Shown piece after piece: positions 1 through 9,893 of a DNA stretch of 64,000 nt. Each line of letters begins with the position of its first letter. Positions within the stretch are counted from its first letter, which is position 1. Below the pieces are notes generated by a model. That model ran no database searches and had not been told where the DNA came from. It saw only the letters and a list, made by a program, of their open reading frames with translations. A program made the translations under genes and the position numbers. The stretch is from Nostoc carneum NIES-2107 (GTDB lineage: Bacteria; Cyanobacteriota; Cyanobacteriia; Cyanobacteriales; Nostocaceae): contig AP018180.1 of assembly GCA_002368155.1 (NCBI GenBank), forward strand, positions 4,199,380 to 4,263,379, in the 5' to 3' direction.

Positions 1-3000
1 CATATTTTCTTTATTGTTCGGGATGACTCAAGTACATCTGATATTCTCTTCCAGACTTCTGATACTACTTGGCAAGCATATAACACCTACGGTGGAGCAA
101 GCCTTTATACTGGTGGGCCAGGCCCCAAAGGTGGTGCTTACAAAGTAAGCTATAACCGTCCGTTCAATACTCGTTCTGTTGATAGTGGTCAGGACTGGGT
201 ATTTAATGCTGAATATCCGATGGTGCGTTGGTTAGAGGCTAATGGTTACAACGTTAGCTATTTTACTGGGGTAGATAGCGATCGCTATGGTGATTTGATC
301 AAAAACCATAAGCTGTTCCTATCAGTAGGTCACGACGAGTATTGGTCAAAGCAGCAACGGGCAAAAGTAGAAGCAGCAAGAGATGCAGGTGTCAATCTGG
401 CATTCTTTAGTGGCAATGAAGTCTACTGGAAAACCCGTTGGGAAAATAGTATTGATAGCTCAGGTACACCCTACCGCACACTTGTTTGTTACAAGGAAAC
501 TCACGCTGGTGCCAAAATTGATCCAACTCCAGAGTGGACTGGTACTTGGCGCGACCCCCGTTTTAGCCCACCTGCCGATGGCGGTCGTCCAGAAAATCCC
601 TTGACTGGCACCTTATTTACGGTCAATGATGGAGCAACTACAGCCATTCAAGTACCAGCTGCAGATGGCAAGATGCGTTTCTGGCGTAATACAACTATTG
701 CTAACCTTGCAGCAGGAAGTACTGCCACATTGCCTAATGGTACTTTGGGTTACGAATGGGACGAAGACATCGATAACGGTTTTCGGGCTGCTGGCGCAAT
801 TCAGATGTCAACAACCACTGTAAATAATGCCCCTGTCCTTACAGACTACGGCTCAACTTTTGGATCTGGTACAGCTATCCATCACTTGATGCTGTACAAA
901 TATAAAGGCAGTACTGGTAAAAATGCCTTAGTATTTGGTTCTGGAACAGTACAGTGGCCCTGGGGATTGGATGCAAATCACGATCGCAGTGGTACTTTAG
1001 TAGATGTGCGGATGCAGCAAGCTACTGTTAACTTGTTTGCTGATATGGGCGTACAACCAGCAACACTCCAATCTGGTCTTGTGCAAGCTTTTGCTTCCGG
1101 TGATGTTCAAGTTCCCACATCAACAATTACTTCTCCCACTAATGGCGCAAATGTAGCCAGTAATACTTCAATTACCATCAATGGTACAGCAACTGATTTT
1201 GGTGGCGGTGTCGTTGGTGGTGTGGAAGTATCAGTTGATGGCGGGACAACATGGCATCCAGCAAATGGTCGCGCTAGTTGGAGTTATAGTTGGCAACCCC
1301 CAACTGATGGCACATATACCATTAAAAGCCGTGCTATTGATGATAGCGGTAATATTCAAGCACCAGAAACACAGATTAATATAACAGTCGCAGCTAGATG
1401 CAGCGCAAATAAACCCTGTAGCAGTATTTGGGATAGTAGTGTTACACCAACTGTGCTGACAGATTCCGAAACTAAAGCAGTAGAAGTAGGGGTAAAATTC
1501 CGCTCTCAAGTCAATGGCTACATTAATGGTATCCGCTTTTATAAAGGGCCGCAAAATACTGGTACACATGAGGGAACTCTGTGGAGTAGTAGTGGAACCC
1601 AATTAGCAAGGGCAACTTTTACCAACGAATCGGCTTCTGGTTGGCAGCAAGTTAATTTTGCTAACCCAGTAGCAATTACGGCAAACACTACTTATGTAGC
1701 TTCCTATCATACTAATGTTGGACGTTATTCCATTAACGAAGGATACTTTACCAATTCCGGTGTAGATAGCTACCCTCTTTATGCCTTGCGTAATGGTGAG
1801 AGTGGTGGTAATGGCGTTTATGCTTATAATGCTAACCCGACTTTCCCCAGTTCCACTTATAACTCCAGCAACTACTGGGTAGATGTTGTTTTCACTACAA
1901 GTACTGTAGCTGACACCACACCGCCAACGGTAACTGTTACAACTCCAAGCAATGGAGCAACAAACGTCAGCACTGCTACAACTGTCACAGCTACCTTTAG
2001 TGAGGCGATAGATGCGGCAACAATCAACACCAATACCTTTGAGTTACGTAGCCCAAACAGTTTAGTAGCTGCTACGGTCACTTATAACTCAGCAAACAAT
2101 ACTGCAACGCTCACACCAAGTGCCGCACTCGCAGCAAGCACTACCTATACTGCCACAGTTAAAGGTGGTACATCTGACCCACGAGTCAAAGACCTAGCAG
2201 GGAATGCTTTAGCAGCAAATTCCATCTGGTCATTTACTACAGCTGCAGCTGACACAACACCGCCAACAGTAACTGCTACAACTCCAAGCAATGGCGCAAC
2301 AAACGTCAGCATTGCTACAACTGTTACAGCCACCTTTAATGAGGCGATAGATGCGGCAACAATTAACAGCAGTACATTGGAATTGAGAAATTCCGCAAAT
2401 TCAGTAGTCACTGCTACTGTGACTTACAATGCTGCAAGCCGTACAGCTACACTCACACCTACCAGCCCACTAGCAACTTCTACTACCTATACTGCTACAG
2501 TCAAAGGTGGTACAACCGACCCACGAGTCAAGGATCTAGCAGGTAATGCTTTAGCAGCAAATTTTAGCTGGACATTTACTACTAGCGCCACATCACCAAT
2601 AATTAGTATCTGGGATAACAGTGCTACGCCTGCTATTATCACAGACCCAGACAACTCACCTGTGGAATTAGGTGTGAAATTCCGCTCTAGTGTCAATGGT
2701 TATATCAAAGGCATCAGGTTCTACAAGAGTCCCCAAAATACTAATACTCATGTGGGAACATTGTGGAGTAGCACTGGTACTCAGTTAGCTCAAGTAACTT
2801 TTACCAGTGAAACAGCTTCCGGATGGCAACAAGTAAATTTTGCTACACCAGTAGCGATTACAGCCAACACTACCTACGTTGCTTCATATCACACTAATGT
2901 CGGTAAGTATTCTGTGACTGAGAATTTCTTCACTTCTGGTGTGGATAAATCTCCATTACGCGCCTTGAGTAGTAGCGAAAGCGGCGGTAATGGTGTTTAT

Positions 3001-3087
3001 ACTTATAATGCCAATCCAGCCTTCCCGACTAACTCTTATGCTGCTAGTAATTATTGGATAGATATATTGTTTAGCATTACTCCTTAG
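1..3087 (+). CDS. 5'-truncated large surface protein (extends upstream of the window). N-terminal N,N-dimethylformamidase-large-subunit-like region, then two Ig-like (Big/SbsA-like) domains and two DUF4082 domains.
   Basis: Frame 1 is open from nt 1 through the annotated ORF, so the gene starts upstream. Duplicated modules TTPPTVT.TTPSNGATNVS...ATF.EAIDAATIN (Ig-like) and IWD.S.TP...VE.GVKFRS.VNGYI.GIRFYK.PQNT.TH.GTLWSS.GTQLA (DUF4082) are seen directly. Confidence 0.6.
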   Translation, partial: HIFFIVRDDSSTSDILFQTSDTTWQAYNTYGGASLYTGGPGPKGGAYKVSYNRPFNTRSVDSGQDWVFNAEYPMVRWLEANGYNVSYFTGVDSDRYGDLIKNHKLFLSVGHDEYWSKQQRAKVEAARDAGVNLAFFSGNEVYWKTRWENSIDSSGTPYRTLVCYKETHAGAKIDPTPEWTGTWRDPRFSPPADGGRPENPLTGTLFTVNDGATTAIQVPAADGKMRFWRNTTIANLAAGSTATLPNGTLGYEWDEDIDNGFRAAGAIQMSTTTVNNAPVLTDYGSTFGSGTAIHHLMLYKYKGSTGKNALVFGSGTVQWPWGLDANHDRSGTLVDVRMQQATVNLFADMGVQPATLQSGLVQAFASGDVQVPTSTITSPTNGANVASNTSITINGTATDFGGGVVGGVEVSVDGGTTWHPANGRASWSYSWQPPTDGTYTIKSRAIDDSGNIQAPETQINITVAARCSANKPCSSIWDSSVTPTVLTDSETKAVEVGVKFRSQVNGYINGIRFYKGPQNTGTHEGTLWSSSGTQLARATFTNESASGWQQVNFANPVAITANTTYVASYHTNVGRYSINEGYFTNSGVDSYPLYALRNGESGGNGVYAYNANPTFPSSTYNSSNYWVDVVFTTSTVADTTPPTVTVTTPSNGATNVSTATTVTATFSEAIDAATINTNTFELRSPNSLVAATVTYNSANNTATLTPSAALAASTTYTATVKGGTSDPRVKDLAGNALAANSIWSFTTAAADTTPPTVTATTPSNGATNVSIATTVTATFNEAIDAATINSSTLELRNSANSVVTATVTYNAASRTATLTPTSPLATSTTYTATVKGGTTDPRVKDLAGNALAANFSWTFTTSATSPIISIWDNSATPAIITDPDNSPVELGVKFRSSVNGYIKGIRFYKSPQNTNTHVGTLWSSTGTQLAQVTFTSETASGWQQVNFATPVAITANTTYVASYHTNVGKYSVTENFFTSGVDKSPLRALSSSESGGNGVYTYNANPAFPTNSYAASNYWIDILFSITP

Positions 3088-3243
3088 AACTAGCGCTAAT
3101 GAGTGTATGTTTGTAAGCACAATTTATGTGGGAGTGTCCTAAATGAATAATTTTTGGTATGCTCCCATTTTGTTTTTCTGTATTCAGAAAAACAAGCAAG
3201 GATAAATCAAAAATAGTTAATTTTTGGAGGTAAAAATTACATT

Positions 3244-3756
3244 ATGCCAATTAATGATGATGTAAAGTTGGGTAGTAACGTTAAAATTTTTCATACTCAA
3301 TTAGTAAACCTCTATGGTTGTACTATTGGCGATGATACAAAAATTGGCACCTTTGTAGAAATCCAAAAAAATGTTGTTGTTGGTAGCAGATGTAAAATTT
3401 CATCACACAGTTTTCTCTGTGAAGGTGTGATTATTGAAGACGAAGTATTTATTGGACATGGGGTAATGTTCACCAATGACATTTATCCTCGTGCAGCCAA
3501 TGATGATGGTAGTTTAAAACTAGAATCTGATTGGGATGTAGTTGAAACTGTTGTCAAACTAGGAGCGTCTATCGGTAGTAATGCTACTGTCTTGCCAGGA
3601 GTAACAATTGGTGAGAAAGCTATTGTTGGAGCTGGAGCAGTAGTGACTCGTGATGTTCCTGATTATGCAATTGTAGTAGGAGTACCAGCTCGTGTCATAG
3701 GTGATATACGCGATGACAAAAGAAACCTAAAAATAGCAACTACAAGTACAAGATAA
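3244..3756 (+). CDS. Left-handed beta-helix (hexapeptide-repeat) sugar N-acetyltransferase, WbpD/PglD-like
   Basis: Repeated [LIV]G..x.I hexapeptides ([37 protein letters not shown]). Sits next to a WbpB-like oxidoreductase and a WbpE-like aminotransferase. Confidence 0.7.
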   Translation: MPINDDVKLGSNVKIFHTQLVNLYGCTIGDDTKIGTFVEIQKNVVVGSRCKISSHSFLCEGVIIEDEVFIGHGVMFTNDIYPRAANDDGSLKLESDWDVVETVVKLGASIGSNATVLPGVTIGEKAIVGAGAVVTRDVPDYAIVVGVPARVIGDIRDDKRNLKIATTSTR

Positions 3757-4008
3757 AGCCACAACATACTGAAGTTTCTGCTTACCAAAGTTATGAAGCA
3801 TCAATAAATAATCAATAGTTAGATTACCTGCAAAATGTGGAGCTTGGGATATAGCTAGCACAGATAATTCAAAACTCAAAAATCTCTAAAATCACAAGAA
3901 TTAAGCTTTTATATTGATTCCTAATACTTTAATTTTGCTGAAGTTATTGCTATTGGTTTGATAATTTTTAGATGCTATAGAATATCCAGACTTTGGTATG
4001 AGGTGCAA

Positions 4009-4647
4009 ATGTTTAATCAAATCTACCTGCTCAAAAACCACATTACATCCACAGTTATTTCTCTAGTTTCGGTGTTGAGTATTGCCACTGTTTTTCCTCA
4101 CCCTGCTGCTGCTGTACAAATAAAATATGGTAGTCCAGGTAATGTTAGTAAAATCGAGGACTTAGTTGTTGATGATATCGGTTATGATATAACCTTCAAA
4201 TATGATTCATTTATCAACTTGTTTGGTTCTCCCAATAATGCTGATTTTCAGAAACCGACTTTTTGGGATGATCCGCAAGGGGCAAAAAATCTAGTTGATA
4301 GCATCGCATTATTACTAAACTCTCAACCAAGTATACCAACACAAATTAATAATTATCCATCAGCCTTGGTTCCATATCGAGGAGTAGCTGCCCCTAATGG
4401 TACTCTATTTCTTGTCAGTAAGGTCGATAGTTATATTACTAGGTGGGATAATTATCGAGGAGAAAGTCAAGATATTTTCACCCGAGGGAATGAGCAAGCT
4501 AACTATGCAATAGTTAACATCAATCAATCATCTGATGCAGTCCCTGAAGCTAATATGTTAGCTACTGCAATAGCTGGAGTTTTCTTCGTTGGTGGAATGA
4601 AGATGAAGAAGAAGAAAATTGCAAAATTCAATCAACAACACAAATGA
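4009..4647 (+). CDS. Secreted hypothetical protein with a PEP-CTERM-like C-terminal sorting tail (VPEA - hydrophobic helix - KMKKKKIAK)
   Basis: N-terminal signal-peptide-like segment MFNQIYLLKNHITSTVISLVSVLSIATVFPHPAAA. C-terminus AVPEANMLATAIAGVFFVGGMKMKKKK. The tracked ORF starts at 3958; the internal ATG at 4009 gives a better signal peptide. Confidence 0.45.
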   Translation: MFNQIYLLKNHITSTVISLVSVLSIATVFPHPAAAVQIKYGSPGNVSKIEDLVVDDIGYDITFKYDSFINLFGSPNNADFQKPTFWDDPQGAKNLVDSIALLLNSQPSIPTQINNYPSALVPYRGVAAPNGTLFLVSKVDSYITRWDNYRGESQDIFTRGNEQANYAIVNINQSSDAVPEANMLATAIAGVFFVGGMKMKKKKIAKFNQQHK

Positions 4648-4690
4648 TAAAAAACTGACATCTAATAATTCTTTGTAGATGCTCACAAAT

Positions 4691-4736
4691 ACACCCTTAA
4701 CTACTTTTATTTAAAGTTGAGGGTGTTAACTTTTGG
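4691..4736 (+). terminator. Candidate Rho-independent terminator: 12-bp stem ACACCCTTAACT / AGTTGAGGGTGT followed by a T-rich run
   Basis: Inverted repeat with a single G-U wobble, then TAACTTTTGG, about 45 nt downstream of the stop at 4647. Confidence 0.4.
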
Positions 4737-4798
4737 CATATCTGTAGATAGCTAGAATTTCTATTTCACCTCAAATAAAATTCTTTTAGTTAAGAACA

Positions 4799-5836
4799 AT
4801 GGGAAACAACATTAAAATTGGTGTCATTGGCTATGGTTATTGGGGCCCGAATTTAGTCCGGAATTTTTCGGAAATCCCAGGTGCAGAAATCAAAACAGTC
4901 AGCGATTTTAAACCAGAGTTACTGGCAAAGGTACAGGCAAGATATCCCAAAATTAATGTAACAACAGATTGTCGCGATATCTTCACAGATCCGACGATTG
5001 ATGCGGTGGCGATCGCCACACCAGTCTCCACCCATTTTGATTTAGCTTTAGCTGCATTAAAAGCAGGAAAGCACGTACTGGTAGAAAAACCAATGACCGT
5101 TTCCTCTGAGCAAGCACTGCGTTTGATCGATGAGGCGGAAAAACGCAATTTGGTGCTAATGGTAGATCATACCTTTGTCTACACGGGTGCAGTCCGCAAG
5201 ATGCGGGACTTAGTGGTGACAAATGCTTTAGGTGATATTTATTACTACGACTCTGTACGCGTTAATTTAGGGCTATTCCAGCATGATGTGAACGTGATTT
5301 GGGATTTGGCAGTACATGACCTATCAATTATGAACTATGTTCTGCAATCTCAACCTTATGCAGTGTCAGCAACAGGGATCAGCCATGTTCCTGGCGAACC
5401 AGAAAATATCGCTTATTTAACTTTGTTTTTTGAAAGCAACTTAATAGCTCACATTCATGTCAACTGGCTCGCACCCGTGAAAGTGCGCCGGACTCTGATT
5501 GGTGGTTCTCAAAAGATGATCGTGTTTGATGATTTGGAACCTAGTGAAAAGCTGAAAGTATATGACAAAGGACTGATCCTCAACGGTCATACCGAAAGCG
5601 TTTACCAAATGCTGATTGGTTACCGCACAGGTGATATGTGGTCGCCGCAATTAGACATGACAGAAGCATTGCGAACCGAAGGCTTACATTTCATTAATTG
5701 TATCCAAACAGGCGATCGCCCCATTACTGATGGGGAAGCAGGACTGCGGGTAGTGAGAATTCTCGAAGCTGCAAGCCAGTCCCTCAAGCAACATGGCCGA
5801 TTAGTTGAACTAAATTTAGCAGAGGTGGCAGCGTGA
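4799..5836 (+). CDS. Gfo/Idh/MocA-family NAD-dependent sugar oxidoreductase (WbpB-like UDP-GlcNAcA 3-dehydrogenase)
   Basis: N-terminal Rossmann motif IGVIGYGYWGPN, the EKP motif (VLVEKPM), and overlap with the downstream DegT gene. Confidence 0.75.
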   Translation: MGNNIKIGVIGYGYWGPNLVRNFSEIPGAEIKTVSDFKPELLAKVQARYPKINVTTDCRDIFTDPTIDAVAIATPVSTHFDLALAALKAGKHVLVEKPMTVSSEQALRLIDEAEKRNLVLMVDHTFVYTGAVRKMRDLVVTNALGDIYYYDSVRVNLGLFQHDVNVIWDLAVHDLSIMNYVLQSQPYAVSATGISHVPGEPENIAYLTLFFESNLIAHIHVNWLAPVKVRRTLIGGSQKMIVFDDLEPSEKLKVYDKGLILNGHTESVYQMLIGYRTGDMWSPQLDMTEALRTEGLHFINCIQTGDRPITDGEAGLRVVRILEAASQSLKQHGRLVELNLAEVAA

Positions 5837-6942
5837 TTCCATTCGTAGATCTCAAAGCTCAGTATCTCAGTATCAAAGACGAAATTGATAGCGCTGTTCT
5901 CAAAGTCTTAGAAAGTACTCAATTTGTTTTGGGTAATGAAGTTAAAGCTTTAGAAGCAGAATTTGCTGACTATTGCAATGCAGATTTTGGTATAGCTGTT
6001 AATACTGGTACTAGCGCTCTGCATCTAGCATTATTAGCAGCAGGTATCGGTGCAGGTGATGAAGTGATTACTGTACCTTTTACCTTTGTCGCTACAACCG
6101 CCGCGATTTGTTATACCGGAGCCAGACCAGTTTTTGTTGATATCGATCCGATTACTTACACCATAGATGTCAGCAAAATCGAACAAGCGATTACCGAACG
6201 CACTAAAGCCATTCTGCCTGTACATTTGTACGGTCAACCAGCAGATATGGAACCGATTATGGAAATCGCGCGCCGTCATGGTTTGACAGTAATTGAAGAT
6301 GCTGCCCAAGCTCATGGTGCAGAGTACAAGGGACGGCGGGTAGGTAGTATTGGGGATATTGGCTGCTTTAGTTTTTACCCTGGTAAAAACTTAGGAGCTT
6401 ATGGTGAAGGTGGGATGATCGTTACTAGTAACCCCGAATACACCCACACAATGCAAATGTTACGCGACTGGGGTCAAGAACGCAGATATCACCATGTCCT
6501 CAAAGGTTATAACTACCGCATGGATGGTATCCAAGGGGCGATTTTACGGGTGAAATTACGCTACATCGAAGAGTGGACAGAAGCTAGAAGAACTCACTCC
6601 GCCCAGTACAATCAACTTTTAGCCAATTCTGGTTTAAGTACACCTGTAGCCTTACCTCACAATCGCCACGTTTATCATGTCTATGCAGTGCGGACTTCCC
6701 AAAGGGAATGGCTACAACAACAGCTAAATGCACAAGAAATTCAAACAGGGATTCATTACCCCATCCCAGTTCACCTGCAAACAGCTTACTCTGATTTAGA
6801 TTACAAACCAGGTGATTTTCCCCACTCAGAATTAGCCGCTAGAGAAGTACTTTCCCTACCCATGTATGCTGAACTTACAGCCACACAAGTGAGCAAAGTA
6901 GCTAATAGCCTCCAAAACATTCTCCAGGGAGTGGCTGTTTAA
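5833..6942 (+). CDS. DegT/DnrJ/EryC1/StrS PLP-dependent sugar aminotransferase (WbpE-like)
   Basis: Family-typical segments: FVLGNEV..LE.EFA.Y, ALHLALLAAGIG.GDEVI, IEDAAQAHGA.Y.G..VGS.GD..CFSFYP.KNL. Start overlaps the previous stop (ATGA). Confidence 0.8.
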   Translation: MIPFVDLKAQYLSIKDEIDSAVLKVLESTQFVLGNEVKALEAEFADYCNADFGIAVNTGTSALHLALLAAGIGAGDEVITVPFTFVATTAAICYTGARPVFVDIDPITYTIDVSKIEQAITERTKAILPVHLYGQPADMEPIMEIARRHGLTVIEDAAQAHGAEYKGRRVGSIGDIGCFSFYPGKNLGAYGEGGMIVTSNPEYTHTMQMLRDWGQERRYHHVLKGYNYRMDGIQGAILRVKLRYIEEWTEARRTHSAQYNQLLANSGLSTPVALPHNRHVYHVYAVRTSQREWLQQQLNAQEIQTGIHYPIPVHLQTAYSDLDYKPGDFPHSELAAREVLSLPMYAELTATQVSKVANSLQNILQGVAV

Positions 6943-7949
6943 TGAGCGATCTCCGTCCTGGTTTAAACCCCCATCGCCTTGTTTCCTTGGTACGTCAAGC
7001 TGTTGAACGTTGTGATTTGCAATTGCAAAACGCGATCGTGCTGACAGAAGCCGCAACAGGGGCCTATGCTGTGACACCAATTGTAGCTGCGATCGCTGGA
7101 GCCGAGAAAGTCTTGGCGATCGCCAAGACTACGCGTTATGGTACCGTAGAACAAGTGCAAGCTCTGACAAAGCAACTCGCTGATATTGCAGGAGTGAGTG
7201 ATCGCATTGAATTTATCGCCGAAAAAACTCCAGATATTGTTGCTCAAGCGGATATCATTACCAACAGCGGCCATGTTCGCCCAATTAATGCAGAGATGAT
7301 TGGTTGGATGAAACCGAATGCTGTCATTGGCTTAATGTACGAAGCTTGGGAATTTAGACCAGAAGACTTGGATCTAATTACCTGTCGTCTCAAAGGTATC
7401 CAGGTTGTAGGGGTGAACGAACGTCATCCAGCAGTAGATGTCTTTTCCTTTTTGGGAATTATGGCAGTCAAACAATTGCTGGATGCGGGAATTTCCGTTT
7501 ATACCAGCAATATTTTATTGTTATGTGATAATCCTTTTCAGCGATTTATTGAGCGTGGTTTAGTCCAAGCTGGTGCCACAGTAGATACTGTTGATAGCCT
7601 TGCTACTGCATCTATTAATAAAAACTACGATGCCATTCTCGTAGCTTTACAACCACGCCTAGAACCAATATTAGGCGCTAAAGATGCGGCAATAATTGCT
7701 AAATATTGGCCAGGTACATTAGTTGCTCAATACTGGGGGGACATTGAGCGATCGGGTTTTGCTACTCAGAATATACCCGTATCTCCCGAAGTTGAGCCAA
7801 AACCAGGACACATGGGCATTCTCCCATCAGCCGTGGGGCCAGAACCAATTGTCCGCCTACAAACAGGCGGACTCAAAGCGGCTGAAGTAATTTGGCGGCA
7901 ATCTTTCCAACAGCAAACATCTGGTTTGGAATTTGTGCAACTCCTGTGA
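6942..7949 (+). CDS. Hypothetical protein (possibly Rossmann-like), conserved within the sugar-modification operon
   Basis: Long ORF translationally coupled to the flanking genes (start overlaps the upstream stop). No recognisable motif. Confidence 0.45.
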   Translation: MSDLRPGLNPHRLVSLVRQAVERCDLQLQNAIVLTEAATGAYAVTPIVAAIAGAEKVLAIAKTTRYGTVEQVQALTKQLADIAGVSDRIEFIAEKTPDIVAQADIITNSGHVRPINAEMIGWMKPNAVIGLMYEAWEFRPEDLDLITCRLKGIQVVGVNERHPAVDVFSFLGIMAVKQLLDAGISVYTSNILLLCDNPFQRFIERGLVQAGATVDTVDSLATASINKNYDAILVALQPRLEPILGAKDAAIIAKYWPGTLVAQYWGDIERSGFATQNIPVSPEVEPKPGHMGILPSAVGPEPIVRLQTGGLKAAEVIWRQSFQQQTSGLEFVQLL

Positions 7950-7960
7950 GGAATTAGTCA

Positions 7961-8929
7961 ATGGTCAATGTACTACTAATTGGTATAGGTACCACTACTT
8001 TAACTGCCTTAGAATCCTTAATTTCTCAGTGTCATGTTCAAGGAATAGTGCGTTATACCGATACAGATGATCCTGTAGCTAATTTAGCTCAAACAGCAAA
8101 TATTCCCATATTTACAGATACCTCACAAACAGCAATTAAAGCACTGATTCTCAAACTTCAGCCAGATTGCGTGGTAGTTTCATCCTATAATCAAATTCTG
8201 CCACCTGCACTGATTGAACTGTCTACATTCATCAATGTTCATTATTCTCCTTTACCCCAATATCGAGGACGGGCTAACGTTAATTGGGCAATTATTAATG
8301 ACGAACCTTGTGCGGCAATTAGCATTCATAAAATTTCACCTGATTTAGATGAAGGAAATATTTTATTTCAGCAGCTAATTCCCATTCACCGCAATGACAC
8401 AGTAGCTGATTTGTATGACAGATTAAATGAAATTCAGCAGCAAAATTTAGGCGAGACAGTTGTTAAAGCCTTTAATGCTTACCCAGGAGTTCAGCAAAAT
8501 AACGCCGAAGCTACTTATGGTTGTACTCGCCTACCTGAAGATGGTGAGATTAATTGGTCGGCTTCTACTAGAAGTATAGATTGTTTAATCCGATCATTAG
8601 TGGCACCTTTTCCTGGAGCTTATACATATTTTCAAGGACAGAAACTCACAGTTTGGCAAGCCATGCCTGTTGAGAATCCGCCTGTTTATGTAGGACGCAT
8701 ACCCGGTAGAATTATCAATAGATCTAAAACAGATGGTTTTGTTGATGTGTTGACTGGTAATGGAGTACTGAGAATTTTTGCAGTTCAATTGACTGGAAAA
8801 GAAAAAACAGCAGCAGCTAATATCATTAAGTCTGTGAAAACTACTTTAGGCTTACAAACATCTGATTTACTCAATCGTATTCAAATTTTAGAAGCACAAA
8901 TTAAGCAATTACAAGAAAATGCAAAATAA
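7961..8929 (+). CDS. Formyltransferase-family protein (Fmt/ArnA-N-like), probable sugar N-formyltransferase
   Basis: HYSPLPQYRGRANVNWAII motif (formyl-transferase catalytic region, cf. HxSLLPxxRG). Located between aminotransferase and epimerase genes. Confidence 0.7.
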   Translation: MVNVLLIGIGTTTLTALESLISQCHVQGIVRYTDTDDPVANLAQTANIPIFTDTSQTAIKALILKLQPDCVVVSSYNQILPPALIELSTFINVHYSPLPQYRGRANVNWAIINDEPCAAISIHKISPDLDEGNILFQQLIPIHRNDTVADLYDRLNEIQQQNLGETVVKAFNAYPGVQQNNAEATYGCTRLPEDGEINWSASTRSIDCLIRSLVAPFPGAYTYFQGQKLTVWQAMPVENPPVYVGRIPGRIINRSKTDGFVDVLTGNGVLRIFAVQLTGKEKTAAANIIKSVKTTLGLQTSDLLNRIQILEAQIKQLQENAK

Positions 8930-9893
8930 GCGCGTATTAATTACAGGTGGAGCAGGTTTAGTTGGCTCCCATATTGCCGATTTATTAGTTAAAGAAGGCG
9001 TATCGGAAATTATTATTCTAGATAACTTCACACGCGGACAAATTAAAAATTTGGCATGGGCAAAAGAACAAGGGCCCTTAGTAGTTGTAGAAGGCGATAT
9101 TAGAGACCAAAAACTGCTAGGCGAAGTTATGCAAGGCGTTGATGTTGTCTTTCATCAAGCAGCTATTCGCATTACTCAATGTGCAGAAGAACCACGTTTA
9201 GCTTTAGAAGTTTTAGCAGATGGCACTTTCAACGTATTGGAAGCCGCTGTTAAAGCAGGTGTAAAAAAGGTTGTAGCTGCTTCTTCTGCTTCTATTTACG
9301 GGATGGCAGAGGATTTCCCCACCACAGAATCCCATCACCCATACAATAACCGCACCCTTTATGGTGCAGCCAAGGTCTTTAATGAAGGCTTATTACGCAG
9401 TTTCCATGATATGTATGGGCTAGATTATGTAGGATTACGCTACTTCAATGTCTATGGCCCGCGGATGGATATATACGGTGTTTATACTGAAGTTTTGATT
9501 CGCTGGATGGAACGCATCGCTACAGGTCAACCACCATTAATTTTCGGTGATGGCAAACAAACAATGGACTTTGTATATATCGAAGACATTGCTAGAGCCA
9601 ATATTTTAGCAGCTAAAGCTGATGTTACTGATGAGGTGTTTAACATTGCCAGTGGTGTAGAAAGCAGTTTGAATGACCTCGCTTATAGTTTGGCGAAAGT
9701 CATGGGGTCAGATTTACAGCCAGAATACGGCCCAGAACGCAAAGTCAACCCTGTACAACGTCGATTAGCAGATGTGAGCAAAGCTCAAGAATTATTGGGT
9801 TTTGAAGCCCAAGTATCTTTAGAAGAAGGATTGCAACGGTTGGTAAGTTGGTGGCGCGAGCAAAAGCTGGCAAAGGAAGCAAGCAATGTCTGA
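8919..9893 (+). CDS. NAD-dependent epimerase/dehydratase (SDR family; UDP-sugar 4-epimerase or 4,6-dehydratase-like)
   Basis: TGGAGLVGSHI glycine-rich NAD motif and a YGAAK (YxxxK) catalytic motif. Confidence 0.75.
   Translation: MQNKRVLITGGAGLVGSHIADLLVKEGVSEIIILDNFTRGQIKNLAWAKEQGPLVVVEGDIRDQKLLGEVMQGVDVVFHQAAIRITQCAEEPRLALEVLADGTFNVLEAAVKAGVKKVVAASSASIYGMAEDFPTTESHHPYNNRTLYGAAKVFNEGLLRSFHDMYGLDYVGLRYFNVYGPRMDIYGVYTEVLIRWMERIATGQPPLIFGDGKQTMDFVYIEDIARANILAAKADVTDEVFNIASGVESSLNDLAYSLAKVMGSDLQPEYGPERKVNPVQRRLADVSKAQELLGFEAQVSLEEGLQRLVSWWREQKLAKEASNV

Noticed and set aside
383-3087. Numerous internal or antisense ORFs within the DUF4082 protein gene (e.g. 1231-1602 minus, 2145-2411 minus)
   Set aside because: They are embedded in a long, clearly coding + strand frame with recognisable domain repeats. 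Antisense frames stay open because of the repetitive Thr/Ala-rich codons.
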